DNA of 63,983 bases, filler included, from Hydrolagus affinis (lineage: Eukaryota), in the NCBI GenBank assembly GCA_012026655.1. It is 4 parts of 4 records of this genome, joined end to end, with 100 filler letters (N's around TTAATTAATTAA, not from the genome) between each part and the next. Parts side by side here need not be neighbours in the genome. Positions count along the whole stretch, not along the records: positions 39,752 to 53,689 come from JAAILG010019833.1; positions 53,790 to 63,983 come from JAAILG010025799.1; 2 more parts are not named here. One strand, written 5' to 3'. The notes under the pieces are model-generated. The model made no database searches. It was not told the origin of the DNA and saw only the letters and a program-made list of their open reading frames with translations. Positions 50,471-63,812 of the stretch are shown piece after piece; position 1 is the stretch's first letter, and every line of letters starts with the position of its first letter. Both the position numbers and the translations under genes were made by a program.

Positions 50471-52089
50471 AGGCTGTCAACTAAAAGGTTTTCGTTGAAG
50501 TAAAATAGAGAAACCAAAGTTCTTACCATATCACAAAAAGAGCCCACAAAGTTGAAACATCGGCACCTCCCTTCTCAGTGCAGAGCAGAAGGTTGACTTC
50601 ACGAATCATCCTTCTGTTGAAGAGGCTCGTTATTTAATCGAAGCTGTGCAGCATTTCTGAATGAGAGACGTAAAATGACTCGGTGATTCTAAATTGAGCA
50701 AACAGACTTAACAGTAATTGATAAATAATCCTATCGTTTGCCATAACGCCTTATCGCCTCCTCACGTGAGGTGTCACTGAGTGCTTCGCAGGATATACTG
50801 TAAAGTGGTGAGATGTTGTATATGTTGTCGGCGAATTACTTTTGTCTAAAAAGGAGGGAGGAGAGAGTGAGAGGGGAGGGGGGAGTGGGGGAGGGAGAAG
50901 AGAGAGGCGGTTGGAGAAACATTGAGTGACTCACCTCCGTCCCCAAAGTATTTTATTCTAAGTCAAACCTATTTGCTAATAATAATCCTTCCATTTGATA
51001 GACCTTCAAAACAACTCAAAGTACTTAACAACCTAACTGATGGCAAGTGTAGTGACTGTGTATATGTAGGCAAGCGCAGCGGTCAAATGGCACACAAGAA
51101 GGTCCTTGGAAGATTGCCAGTGGTCCTCACAGCTCAGACCCCTGAAAGAAGTGAGCTGTAGATCGATTGGAGGGTGGGTGGGGAGGCTAAACATTCTCTA
51201 GTCCTAAGCCACCAACTGCCTTTACATAGGTTTCTCATGTCACTTTTACCAGAAATGACAGCAGATTGGTTTGTTTCCATCGTAATCTTGTGGAAACATT
51301 TTATTTGGCAAGTCCAATTAAAAATCAAAACACCAATTAACTAAGCAACAATGTCAACACTGCTTAAGGCATGAAGTATTACAAACCAAATGAATTCAAT
51401 ACGCGAGTTTGGAATTATATGACTTGACATTGATTTTATAGCCCCGTATCTTGTAAAACATTTTGTGGACATACCCTTAGAGCGGACTCGTTGGTATGTT
51501 CGTTCTGTTTAACCTAGATTAGATATTAACTTTAGGAAGCTTTAGAACGGCGAAAGGACAGGGTCTGAAAAGTCCAACCCGAATACTCATGCAATGCATG
51601 AGATTTTTAAGTTGGAAACTGAAATGTGTGCAACAAATATAATTTTATTTTACCGTACAGTAGCTATGGCAAGTGTTTCTGCTAAAAAAAAAATCTGCTT
51701 TTGTTCAAGTAAAACATTTATTAATATTGTTAATATTAATACAATTATTATTATTAATAATAACCAGGGCATTCTAATATTAGTAGTAATAATCCTTGCA
51801 TTTTATACAGCACCTTGTTAAGTTGTCGAAAGGTCTCAAAGTGCTTGAAGGATTTTACTATAGGATGTAGTAATTGTGTACGTGTGGATGAAATTATGGA
51901 TATATATTCACACAGTCAAGTTCGGTTTGTGATGTTTCCCTCGGATAAAAGGATACTTCTGCTCTGCACATCAGTCTTTCACTGACGTTCAGATTCTCGG
52001 GGAAAGAAATTTCACATTTCACACCCCGTTAAAATCCTTACAGTTAGTGCCACTACACTTGACAGCAGTATTAATGACAACGAATCGGA

Positions 52090-52790
52090 GGCAGTGGGGA
52101 GGAGATCGTAAGCCCAATTAAAAAGGAAGGTCTTTAGATGGGATTTAAAGGTGAGGAGGGAGTGGGCAAGGCTGGGGGGGATTGAGGGAGAGAGTTCCAG
52201 AGTTTCGTGGCGAGGTGGCTGAAGGGAATCTTGGTCACAGAGAGCGAGAGAGAGAGAGAGGACTTTATTTGTTACTTTGACCAGTGCTGTTTCCGAGCTG
52301 GATGATATCTGTTAGCGTTCAAGTCGGGAGTGGAGGGAGACGTGTGAGTGAAGTTGGTTTGCAATGAGGCATTTGCAATGAGAGCTTTGGCCAGGAAAGG
52401 CAGGTTTGAAAACGGACGGTTTGAAAATGCACGAGGTTGAAGGGATTAAGAGTAGTTTTTTTTAAGGAGGGGAAGTGATGACAGCTGGTTTGGATGGGAG
52501 TAGGACTGAGCCCGAGGAGATTTTCGTGTCTGCCGGACGGGGGCAGAAAGGCGATCCATTCCTTCAACTTGCTCCCTCCCTTGCCTCTCCTTCAAGACCG
52601 ATCTCAAGAGCCTCCCCTTTGACCGTGTGCCTTCAGCCGCCCTCGTACCTCTCTGCCCTCCCTCATCCCAACTGTGCCACCCCACACATATGCTCGGTTC
52701 CTAACCCCTGACTGTTCAGTGCCTTGGGACGTCCTACCGACGTGAAAGGCGCTCTCAAAATGTGATTCTGTTGCCGCTGTTGATGTTGTC
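52090..52790. mobile_element. L2 fragments (minus-strand RT piece followed by a plus-strand tail)
   Basis: Minus strand LKKTTLNPFNLVHFQTVRFQTCLSWPK-like RT motif; plus-strand tail gggacgtcctaccgacgtgaaaggcgct. Confidence 0.55.
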
Positions 52791-53689
52791 TCTGAGCACC
52801 AGTAAAACACTACAGCAACACAGCCTCTAGTACAACATTCCAGGCACCCCACCCCGTATTGTGAATCAAAATCAAGTGAAAAAGTTGTACTGCTACGTGA
52901 AAAGTTGTACACGACATTAAAAACTAATACATGTTTAACGTAAAACACAAAACAGAAGTTGCTGAGGGAAACTCAGCAGGTCAGGCAGCATCCATGGAGA
53001 GAGGAAAGTGAGTCAACGTTTCGGGTCCACAACCCTTCGTCAGGACTGGGGCTTGATGGGAGGGAGAGGTTTCTTAAGGACGTTAAAGTGGGGAGAGGCA
53101 GGACATGGAAGGCAATGGAGAGAAAGAAGACAAAGGAAAAGGAAAAAAGTGTGTGTTCACTGATGGGTTGAATCACATACACTGTTACTAAACACTATTT
53201 GAACATATTTTCTCTCCTGTACTTACATATTCAATCGTTGTCTTTTTCCCAAAGGTTCCTCGCAGCTCTCTTCCTCTTACTGTTTGTACTTTGGTCTACT
53301 GTACTGTATTCTGTATTGTCACGCAATCAGTGCATTGTGACTGCTGCTGCCAAACCAGTTTGGTGGAATTCTTTTGCTGAGCAATACGTTTACGATACTA
53401 CAGTATTTTTATTAGGAACTGTGCTAGCGTTTCACACAAAATGTTAGTTTTAGATAGGACACTGTACTGAGAGAGAGAGAGCCTACCTCTCACCCCCCTC
53501 CTCCCAACCCCCAACAAAAAAAAAGTCAATTCAATTTACAGTATATTCTGCAAAGCACCTCAGATGTCTCAAGAAGTGAAAAGACTATATCAAATTGTTA
53601 TTATTGGATGCGTTCATTCATTGTAATGTTGATCCATGGACAGTCAAGATTGGGACCCAAGCGGGGGGGTGGTGGGGGGGGGGGGGCGG

Positions 53690-53789
53690 NNNNNNNNNNN
53701 NNNNNNNNNNNNNNNNNNNNNNNNNNNNNNNNNTTAATTAATTAANNNNNNNNNNNNNNNNNNNNNNNNNNNNNNNNNNNNNNNNNNNN
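53690..53789. other. Assembly gap (N44-TTAATTAATTAA-N44)
   Basis: Fixed 100-nt spacer. Confidence 0.98.
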
Positions 53790-54593
53790 CTGCTGAAATG
53801 TTCAAAGGTTTGTCTAAGCCGTAACCATGACAATCGCAAGGCTTATTTTGCTCGAAAAGTAATGGGGATGTCATATATTCATGTTATTGTCTTTCTCCAA
53901 CATAAGCATCCGCATTCCAGCGGATCTAACTGTGTTAACAATTCCATTTAATTTTGTTAACTACAGTGAGGTAGTTTGGTTTAGTATAGATTGGGAACGC
54001 GATAAAACTGACAACATTTAATTTAACATAAGAATTATATTGTTTACATGCTTCAAGGCGTACAATTAATAACACAGATGACGGGACGGCAATATTATTA
54101 ATAATATTGGTAATACTGATAATATCAATAATACTACTGATTATTGTAGTGTTGCTTGCCTTTGAAGTGGAACATTTTGGAGATGGTGAATATTATCCAT
54201 AGCAAAGTGAACCACCATTGGATTAATCTGCGGTTTCCTCCTTATTCTAAGCTAAACTGAGGTGTGGGTGTGTGTATGGAATAAGGATATTTGCCCAAAA
54301 TATAGCCTGATTGGGAACCAATTAGGGTGGGAGAAACTTATGTCACGTTTGCTAACTTTACACACATGCAAACCTGCGCTAACCAGCAGCAAGTGGCTAG
54401 CCAATTAGCGAATGAATTCTGCAGAAGCAAACATACAGGAAGTGAGATGAGCGTGAAGGCATCACCGAGAATCTACTTATAATCTGCATAGTTAACTGCG
54501 TTCCACAAACATTTGTAAACATTTATCAGCCTGTAGCTGATTTCCCGCTGTACATCAATCAGACATTTTGACGCGAATCGAGGAGACTTGAAA

Positions 54594-55037
54594 ATGAAGC
54601 AGGATTTCAATGCACCATTTATTATTTTTTGTTTAATTACAACAATCTTGTGTAAGCACAGTATCAGATTGGACACACGCATCCTGGTTTTCCTGATACA
54701 TGGTTAAAAATTTTATTGCAGTCATTTTATGAATTGCTATCCAAGAATGTTCTATTTCTCCAGGTGTCTTGGCTGAAAGCGAAGTGTCACAGACACAGCA
54801 GGCTCTGGCAGAGAATGAAAATGGGAATGCAATTATGGAGTGCAGCACCACAGTGTCCAGCCCACGGTTTCAATGGTACAAACAGCATGGAAACGGCTCC
54901 ATCACTTACTTGGTGTTGGGATCGAGAGAGATGAAGGAGAAGGAGAGGATAAATGCTTTGACTGTTGGAAAAAACAGCACCTTATCGATCCGAGACGTGC
55001 GAGTGTCTGACTCCGCCACTTACTTCTGTTCGGAGAG
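54594..55037 (+). CDS. TCR V segment V11 (family C), intact; closest paralog of V2
   Basis: Leader 54594-54651. V exon 54764-55037: AESEVSQ...MECSTT...QWYKQ...SATYFCSES. Confidence 0.93.
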
Positions 55038-55076
55038 CACAGTGCTGTGTGTTTACGAAGGACCTGTACAAAAACA
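55038..55076 (+). other. 23-RSS of V11
   Basis: CACAGTG + 23 nt + ACAAAAACA. Confidence 0.95.
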
Positions 55077-55467
55077 TGCTGAGGTGACTGCAGCTCAATA
55101 GTTAGAGCACTAGGGTTGCCACATACAGGAAGTGGGTAGCCACATTTATACAGTAGCGAATCAAGTCAATTCACTTCTCAGTACAAACTGTGGCGGAATT
55201 AATTTGGGATGGATTTCCAGAGGTTGGGGGCAGAGTGGTTGAAGGCTCGCCCGCCGTTGGTTGGGCGGGTCGGTCGGGGGACGTAGAGCAGGTCAGATCC
55301 AGCCGAACGAAGTGGGCGGGCAGGTTGGTAAGGAGATAGGAGGAATAGGAAGTCAAGAATGTAGGGTGGTGCGAGATTATTGAGTGCTTTAGATGTGAGG
55401 ACTTGGATCAACACACATAAAGGAATTATCTAACCCGATACACACACACTGTGCGAGTTCCTCTGAC

Positions 55468-55622
55468 NNNNNNNNNNNNNNNNNNNNNNNNNNNNNNNNN
55501 NNNNNNNNNNNNNNNNNNNNNNNNNNNNNNNNNNNNNNNNNNNNNNNNNNNNNNNNNNNNNNNNNNNNNNNNNNNNNNNNNNNNNNNNNNNNNNNNNNNN
55601 NNNNNNNNNNNNNNNNNNNNNN
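55468..55622. other. Assembly gap (155 N)
   Basis: N run without filler. Confidence 0.98.
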
Positions 55623-56248
55623 ATGTAAAATGTACTTACTTTTCGTTTTGCAGGAGAAACGAGGCATTCAGTTCAGCACAACATTGTCTTATAAACAGAC
55701 ATGGGTCGAGTTCCCTATGTTAGGAGAGATTGTTTCCCTGGATAGTTGCTCTTTAGTCGATTATCAACCGTATTCCTACTTACTCTCGTTGAACCGAGGT
55801 CGGTGTGTGGAGTACGTAAACTTGACGAACATGTCGCCCTGGCAGGCATCAAAAGCCGGCAATGTGCTTGTAAGGAGAATGCTGATACCATTAAACTACA
55901 CGAGTCCACAGATGGTACAGATGTGTGGAACTCATGTATGTGTTCGGACGAAATAGAATGTATCTGTCGGTCTATCATGCTGCAGGTTTGTGCCATCCAG
56001 TTGATCAAAGGCATTTCAGTGTTGCAGGAGAACCAATGGTGCAGCGAGATGGTAGAGAAGTGAAGGTGACGCACAATGACAGAGACACAAAGGTTTACAT
56101 AAACCTCTGACCTGCTCACTCACAGTGTATGGCAACCTGTTTTTGTCATTGCCTGCTCAGCCCTCCTCACGATATCTTACTGCTTCCCAGCCAACTTTCT
56201 TCCACTAAACAACCAGCGCTCTCTCAACACATGATGCCATTAACACAG

Positions 56249-56294
56249 ATGTCAATGTACATATATGTGGCAGCCGCCATCATTACTTTCTCAG
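56249..56294 (+). other. Orphan family A leader exon (intact, no own V exon)
   Basis: MSMYIYVAAAIITFS + G|gtaag. The upstream region is homologous to the promoters of V1 and V8. Confidence 0.8.
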
Positions 56295-56882
56295 GTAAGC
56301 CAAAAACCAAATCCATATGGATATTTATTTACATGTTCTCCAAAGCCAACGTTTTATTGCATGGAATAACCAATACATTCTACCACTCGTGGAAACGTGG
56401 TATCCTGTGGCTAGTGATTAGCACACTCGCCTCGCATGCTGAAGGATCTGAGTTCGATTCCCGATGGGACAGCGCGAAACTGCAAGTGTAGTTTTTCCAC
56501 AGACCCACATATATATCTGCTTTCCGAACAGTGAGTAGATACACGGTACCTTTCAAGTTACTAGGGCAGAGACATCAGATAAACTGTTGATGTAACGTGT
56601 CTCCTGCCCATTGGCTCTGAACCCTCTCAATGAACCATTTCAGCTCTTTACCATATTAATGGAAATGAACCAATAGGGGAGAAAGTTGTAAGAACAGTGT
56701 GAATGACGCAAAGTGAAAGAGACATAAGTGTTGTGAATAACCTTCAGACCCGCTCAGTAAACTCTGTATGCCATATCTTGTTCTGCCCTCCATACCGCGT
56801 CTATTTGTCTCCCAGGCAACAGTGTGGAACTCCACCATCAACGCTCGCTCGACACCACATGCCACTAAACACACATATCACA

Positions 56883-57714
56883 ATGTATATTTACCTGGCA
56901 GCAGCTTCGTAGCTTCGTAGGTAAGCCGTAAACGTATATCAATATATTCCTGCACATATTACCCAATGCGTAATTTTTCTTATTCCATGAATTACCCAAT
57001 AAACTACAGGACTTGACAAGCGGTAGCGTCCTGTAACTCAGTGAGTAGGGAGGGAGAATCTCCAGGCAAGTTTACTTGCGGCACACACGCGTCCATGTTT
57101 CAGTAGTTTTAGATATGAACCCTACTGTAGGTAAACTTACTGATCGCGTCTCCGAAGTATTGAATTCCAAAAATTTTACCGTATATAAATCAATCAATTA
57201 ACTAGTGTTTTGGGGAAACTGATACGCGCAATTGGTTCTGTCGGTTTGCCCAGTAAATGTGCTAAATTAATGTTCTGTGAAACGCTTTGTGCTGTCGCGG
57301 ATACGGGCTAAGGCGCTGAAGTAAATGAAAGAATTACTAACATCAATATTTTTGTGGTTATTATTATTATTCACATTATTATTATTTATTTATCTTGTTT
57401 CTAGGACATTGTGAAGGCGGTGCTGTAACACAGCTCCAATATATTATGACGGCAAATGTAGGGGAGGATGCAATATTGCAGTGTAATTATACAGCTACAA
57501 GTGACATCGGAATGTATCTGTTCTGGTACCGTCAATATCCCAACTCAGCTCCAGAATATATCCTCAGCACATCCACCAGCAACAGATCACAATATGCAGA
57601 ATTTGCCACAGGACATTTCTCAGCAACAGTGGATAAAGCGGCGAGAACCGTGCCATTAAATATATCCCAAGTGAGAGTCACAGACTTGGCGGTGTATTAC
57701 TGTGCAATGAGCCC
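56883..57714 (+). pseudogene. TCR V segment V12 (family A): open V exon, broken proximal leader
   Basis: Leader 56883-56920 has a cttcgtag tandem duplication giving an in-frame TAG. V exon 57405-57714 is open (GAVTQ...QCNY...FWYRQYP...AVYYCAMS). Confidence 0.85.
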
Positions 57715-57753
57715 CACAGCGACACAGATCAGCGCTACCGCCCTAGAAAAACT
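57715..57753 (+). other. 23-RSS of V12 (degenerate)
   Basis: CACAGCG + 23 nt + AGAAAAACT. Confidence 0.88.
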
Positions 57754-58364
57754 AGCATGTGGTGTCCTGTAGCTCAGTGGTTACAGCACTCGCCTCACAG
57801 GCAAGATGCAAGGGTTTGAATTCACGGCTAAGCGAAATGTGGGGCAAGTTTCCTTACGCAACATATATGTGGCTGTTTACATGGCAGTAAGTCGGAACTA
57901 TGTTGTTAGCGGATTAGTGATTCGCTATTCCGGGCGTAAGAATTCCTTCAGAATATTGATGATATTAATAAATTGGTCATTCAATCCAATGGATCTCTGA
58001 TGTGCAAAATTGGATTTCGCGTTTCTCCCACGCAACAAGAAGTCAAAGCGTTTACATTACATTCTGTAAAGCGCTATGTTGCACCTCTAAGATATGATAT
58101 GGTGGTATATCAAAGGAAACTTGATATTTTTTATTAAATACGGTATTGTCACAAGAAAACCTAAATATTCTTGGCTTTTCGGAAGACCTTTACTATATAG
58201 ACGTCTTTCTGTGCAGTTCTAGTCGATTGCTGAACATTTTAAAAAGTAAATAAATCAATAGCTTGCGTTTATACAGCGCCATTCAGAAAGGGAATGTTGA
58301 GCCAGGCTGGAAACCATTTCCTATGAAATGTCTCCAATTGTGCACGTTCTGTACCTGCAATCCA

Positions 58365-58378
58365 CCGGCAGATGGCGC
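58365..58378 (+). promoter_or_regulatory. CTCF-type motif
   Basis: CCGGCAGATGGCGC, exact consensus match. Confidence 0.65.
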
Positions 58379-59388
58379 ACTAAGCACATACAGTATCTAA
58401 CATGAGCAGCACCTTGCCTGGTTCCTTTGTGTAACTAACTTACTTGTCAGCTATTGCAGGTGCTTCCCGTTACAGTTGGTGTTGGAGCTTCATACACACT
58501 ATGGCCTCTGCAGCTGAAAAGTGCTAATGTTTGTTTGCCTAAATATGTTATTGTTGTTCCAGAATCAATTGGCGTATCACGTTTTCTATCTTATCATCTT
58601 ACCCCCAAAATAATCAACCTCTATTGAGTAGCTCTCACTCTGGTCTTCAACATGTTAGGTTTTCTCAATGGCTATATGGGCACTTTTTTTTGGTAAATTG
58701 GGGGAAGGAGAATACAATTTTTCAGTTTAATTTTAAATTGCAGAAGTAAAGCTATTCTTAATGTGGGCCATCCTGCCTTGTATTCAGTTCCAAACAGGAC
58801 TGCAAAGCGATAAAAGTTATAAGAGTCCCAGCCTTGTACAACATGCCTTCATATAGGAGTTGCAAATAAAGCGTTCAGCATGAATAATTAACAAATATAT
58901 GTCTGCACTTTGAAGACAAATACAATCGGCAATTGGAACACAGTGACTCGCACAGAAATATTCACGAATTGTGGCTCCAACCAAGTTTTCTTGATAATAT
59001 ACTATTGACACAGTCATGAAATAGAATTTCAGTCCAGACCATCATCTCTATGTACAGACTTCAACCTGGATCCATAAACCTCCCGACTCATTAGGTGTAA
59101 TACCAGCAACACAGGCAGTTTGTCAACTTGATTACAGGAAGTAAACCTTTGTTTGTGCACGAAACATACCCCTATTCCTTCCATTCTAGAGCTGATCACT
59201 TGTAGCCAATCATCAGCTGATTAAGGCGAAGATACACTGGTTATTGTGGAACGCCTACAATATTCTTGAATAACCCACTGCCTGCACACATCACATCAGT
59301 CGCTGCCTCACTACTTGTATCTGAAGCAGCCGAACAGACATATAAACAGGAAGAGATTCCACTATCTGCCCTCACCTCAGCAGCCAGC

Positions 59389-60258
59389 ATGACAGGTCAC
59401 TGTCAGTTACTGATAGCAATCCTCACCATAGCCAGTAAGTAAGTGTGGACATGCCCAGTGCATGTGATTTGGTATTACAAGATGTGAAAAGCGCTATATC
59501 ACATGCCAGTATCATTATTATATAATATTCGGTAGTGTAGCCATTAGAGCACTCCAATGAAAAAGAAAGCACCTCAGGGTAACTCACGGCAGTGCTAATT
59601 GTTGGACAATTTGCTCTACACCAACACACGACTTTGTGAGTCTACCAGTAATTAGGAACTGTATTCAACTTCCAGCTCGAATCTTCTATCCAAAAATTAT
59701 TGAAATACCAATATTTTGAGCGCTCACTCTCGAACTGTTTATTGAACACTGTTGTGCACAATTAGCTGTGAGGTTCGCCTGAAAAGGCGATTGGAGGCAA
59801 TTCATTTGAAATTATATTCATTGGGTATTTTGTATATATTTTTGTAACGTCTCACTATTGTGAAAATTCGAGCACAAACACTCGATAATAGTTGGTATTA
59901 TTCGAATTGCACGTTCATCTTTGCCTTACCTAGTGAAAAACAAGTTTTTTTTTATTGCAGAAGTTATGGGGAAAGATGTAATATACCAATATCCTCCTGA
60001 GATACGGGAGTTTGAAGGAAAAGACGTGAGAATAAACTGCAATTATTCCACTATCTATGCTGCCTTCTGGTACAGGCAATATCCAGATGGAGGTCTTCAG
60101 TACTTGCTGAAGATTTATAACTCGGGAAAGGTAGACAAAGCTCCTGATATTCCCGACCACTTCACTGCCAAGTTGGACAAGGAGAATAAAGTATTTAACT
60201 TGCAAATACTCAGGGCTGATGTGGGTGACGGCGACATGTATTACTGTGCACTGGAGCC
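59389..60258 (+). CDS. TCR V segment V13 (family B), open ORF
   Basis: Leader 59389-59434. V exon 59961-60258 ends DMYYCALE. Confidence 0.9.
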
Positions 60259-60297
60259 CACATTGTGACAGGAGGACAGATACACTGTAAAAAACTC
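60259..60297 (+). other. 23-RSS of V13 (nonamer lost its C)
   Basis: CACATTG + 23 nt + AAAAAACTC, versus ACAAAAACT in paralog V6. Confidence 0.85.
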
Positions 60298-61649
60298 AGC
60301 AGACAATCGTGACTTACTCTCACACATTCAACTTGGTGCTGCCAACACACTGAGGTGGCTACACTAATATAATAAGGAGGGCGGTGTACAGAGGCTGTGG
60401 AGGCCTGCAGTGCAGAGGTTGCAGTACTCGCCTTGCTATCGAGTGGACCTGGTTTTGAATCCCAGGCGTTGGGAATCCTTAGGCATTGTTCCATAATCTG
60501 GAGGAGCATACAGTTTTGCTGAGCGTTTAGCAACTGCTCAGTAAACCTTTTGTTCTGCCCAGAACATTCTTGTTAGTCCATGGGTGAATCGCTTTCCATG
60601 GGTTTATAATCCGTTAAATAAACACAATAATATAAATGTGATCACTCTACCGACGAATGTTTTGGGACACTGCTTTTCCCACACGCACTGTCAAGACACA
60701 TTACAGGAAATTATGCGAAACACTTTCGGACGTGCGAAAAATGTTGCTTAAGCAAATCCAACGATATTTTTAAAAATATTGTTGCTGTACCATATAACAA
60801 TAATCAAACTTCCTTTATGTTTTATGTTTTAATTTCCACTTAATACATTCAAAAGCGACTTAAATGCTGTGTATGATATATTAGATTCGTGACGGATGTA
60901 TTGGGCTGGCACTCCAGTGCATGTCTGGAGGTGTCTAGAAATGTCAGAGAAGCTGTCCTTGTGTTGAACTACCAAACAAAGGTCCAGTCGGTTTGTAACA
61001 AAGGACGGTAATGATCCCATGTCCCTGCTAGAGCAATACCAGGGATTCTCCTGATGACTGGGCAGACATTCCATCAGCACAAATGTTTGTTCCCTTCACA
61101 TACGATTGAGGGAACAATGTGTTACATAAATTGACTGCTGTGGTTGCCAAACACACAATCTCTACCGCTCGAGAGTAAAGCCTGTGTGGAGCTGTGAGAA
61201 TCTTCCATGAATTGACTTGATAAGGATATATGCAAGCTATTTGTAAATCTAAATAACTCATTGAAGTGACATTTCGTCCGATAGTGCATTCCCTTAGCAA
61301 TTTATCATAATAATATGAATAGCAGCGACAGCTATATTTGATTCAATTCTATGGAGCACGAAATTATGTCATTCAGTTGACTCAAAGCGATTGAAAGACT
61401 ATTCTGAAAAATCCAGTCACTTCCTATCTTGAGGGCTAAACAAACGCTGCTGGTAGTCTCTTGCGAAATGAATTTGACACACGCAAAGACAGAGCAAATG
61501 ATAAGTCAGTGGAGGCGTCACCGAGACTGCAGGTATAAACAGCGCAGTTAGCGGCACTCGTCAAACATTCATGAAGGTTTATCAGCAGTTAGTTGGTGTC
61601 TGCTTGCATTTCATTTGGAGATTCCTACATGAATCTACGAGGATTGAAA

Positions 61650-62088
61650 ATGAAGCCAAGTTACCAAGCAACGTGTATTATTTTTAATTTCGTGATTTCT
61701 TTCTTCTGTAAGTAGAGTATGAGTTTGGAAATCTGCATTGATTTTTACCTATCTAATTACCAGTTTTGTTGCAGATATCTAAAAATGTTCATTTTATTTC
61801 TTCAGGTGACTTGGCTGAAAGCGAAGTGACACAGAGCCCTCAGGCACTGACACGGTATGAAAATGGAAATGTATCTATAGATTGCAGAACCACTGAGTAC
61901 GTCGAAAATTTTCAATGGAACAAACAGTATGGAAACGGCTCCATATGGTTATTGGTGCTGGGAAAAAGGGAGGTAAAGGCGGAGGAGAGGATAAGTGCTT
62001 TGGCTGATACAAAAGAGAAGAACAGCACATTAACAATCAGAGGCTTGCGAGTGACAGACACCGCCACTTACTTCTGTGCAGCAGAGAG
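61650..62088 (+). CDS. TCR V segment V14 (family C), intact
   Basis: Leader 61650-61707. V exon 61806-62088: AESEVTQSPQ...IDCRTT...QWNKQ...TATYFCAAES. Confidence 0.92.
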
Positions 62089-62127
62089 CACAGTGCTGCG
62101 TGTCTAAGAGGAGCCTGTACAAAAACA
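62089..62127 (+). other. 23-RSS of V14
   Basis: CACAGTG + 23 nt + ACAAAAACA. Confidence 0.95.
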
Positions 62128-63766
62128 TGCTGCTGTATGTTACTGTAGCTCACTGGATATACCACTCGCCTTTTCGATCCATGAGCGTTTGTGGAACACT
62201 GCTGTGTGCAGTTGGCTTTCACATACAGACGGTAACATATACAGTTACCTCACTTCACTGTACAATAAGTAAAGCGCTTTGTAATGTCTAAAAGACTTGA
62301 CAAGGTATGATATAAAAAGCAAATATCCGTTTTATTATTTCTGTTTCTCTGTCGAGCAATAAGTTGGATCCCGGTTCACAGTCGATTGGTGGAGAGCCTT
62401 CCAGGGTGTAGTAGTCCATTAAACAATAATTGGTACCTTGGTCCTTCACTTTTTGTGAGACGATGCTGTGTGTAATTCCCTGCCGCAAAATACATTAATG
62501 CCACACTTTACGGTATATAATGTCAAACGCTTAGAGATGTCTTGAAGAAACGATACGATGCTATATAAATATGGTTATAGATTGCATCTGCACACGGTTT
62601 GATGCAGATACTCACAAGTATTCGAGTGGATTTGAGATGGATTTCCCAATGTTTCAGACACACGGTTTACAAATATGAAAGTTCATATAGGAAGCCGAGG
62701 TCAGCGAACTAAAATGCACAGCAGATATCTTTCAGTCATGAGTTACCCTAGAATAATGTGTGTTTATTACCCAAACTGCTGAAACCCAGAACCCTCGAGA
62801 GGACACGGGGCAGGAAGGAAACTTTCAACCAACTGGAGCAGAGACATCTGACAAATTGCTGACGCCACGTGGCTCCTCCTCTTCGGCTTTGAAACCCTCT
62901 CAATGGCTAGTTTCACCTCGTTATCCAATTGCCAACTGCCCCAGGGAATGTGAAGCCAACACACATTAGGCCATTGTCTAGCCCTATGTACATTCTCAGT
63001 GGCATCCACTGAATACTTCGGCCTGCCATGTGACGTCATTAATCGCTTCATAGACTACAGTGTAAAATGTAGTGACTCGGCGATTTGCAGGCGAAACCAG
63101 GCAGCCAAATGTGCAAGCAATGCCACACAAACAGTTGTGGATTCATTTACATATTCTATTAGCGATAATTAACACTGGAAACAAACCAGATCAATTGATG
63201 TATAAATCAACTGCTACTTATTAATGGGTAAACAGAAGTGGGCGGGTAGATTAAGGAAGCTTATCCAACATTTCGCCCTACCTGGGTCAAACACAGGCAC
63301 GTTGCTTGTGAGGCAACTTGAAGCGCTCTGAGACGCCTTGCGGCGTGACGGGCACTACATAAATCGAAGTTGTTGTTGCTCTTGTTGTTGAGGTGAGTGT
63401 TGATACCATTAAGCTATAGGAATCCACAGATACTACAGATAAGTGAATATCATGCATGTGTTTGGACGAATTTGAATTGGATTTGGGGTGTAACTTGCTG
63501 CACGTTTCAGACACCTGGTTGATCAAAGACATGTCAGTGTTCATGGAGAACCAATGGAGGAGCGAGTTGGCAGAGCAGAGCAAATGACGCTCAATGACAT
63601 AGAAAACCTTGTTATACATAAACCGCAGACCAACTCCCTCACAGTGTGTGTCAACTTGTGTAAGTCATATACTGTTCAGCCCTCCTCACGGCATCTCACT
63701 GCTTCCAGACCAACATTTCCAACTGGAGCATCATCACCCTCTTAGCACTCCGGGCACTACATACAT

Positions 63767-63812
63767 ATGGCAATGTATGTTTACGTTGCAGCAGCCATCT
63801 TTACCTTGTCAT
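63767..63812 (+). CDS. Family A leader exon; its V exon would lie beyond the window
   Basis: MAMYVYVAAAIFTLS + T|gtaaga, at the position paralogous to the V8 leader. Confidence 0.75.

Noticed and set aside
51660-51700. Small 5' exon of the HHLA2-like gene on the minus strand
   Set aside because: AG/GT sites are present, but the length and phase do not fit the phase-1 IgV exon.
53199-53447. Hydrophobic 82-aa ORF
   Set aside because: Low-complexity T-rich sequence next to a Penelope terminus, with no splice or homology support.
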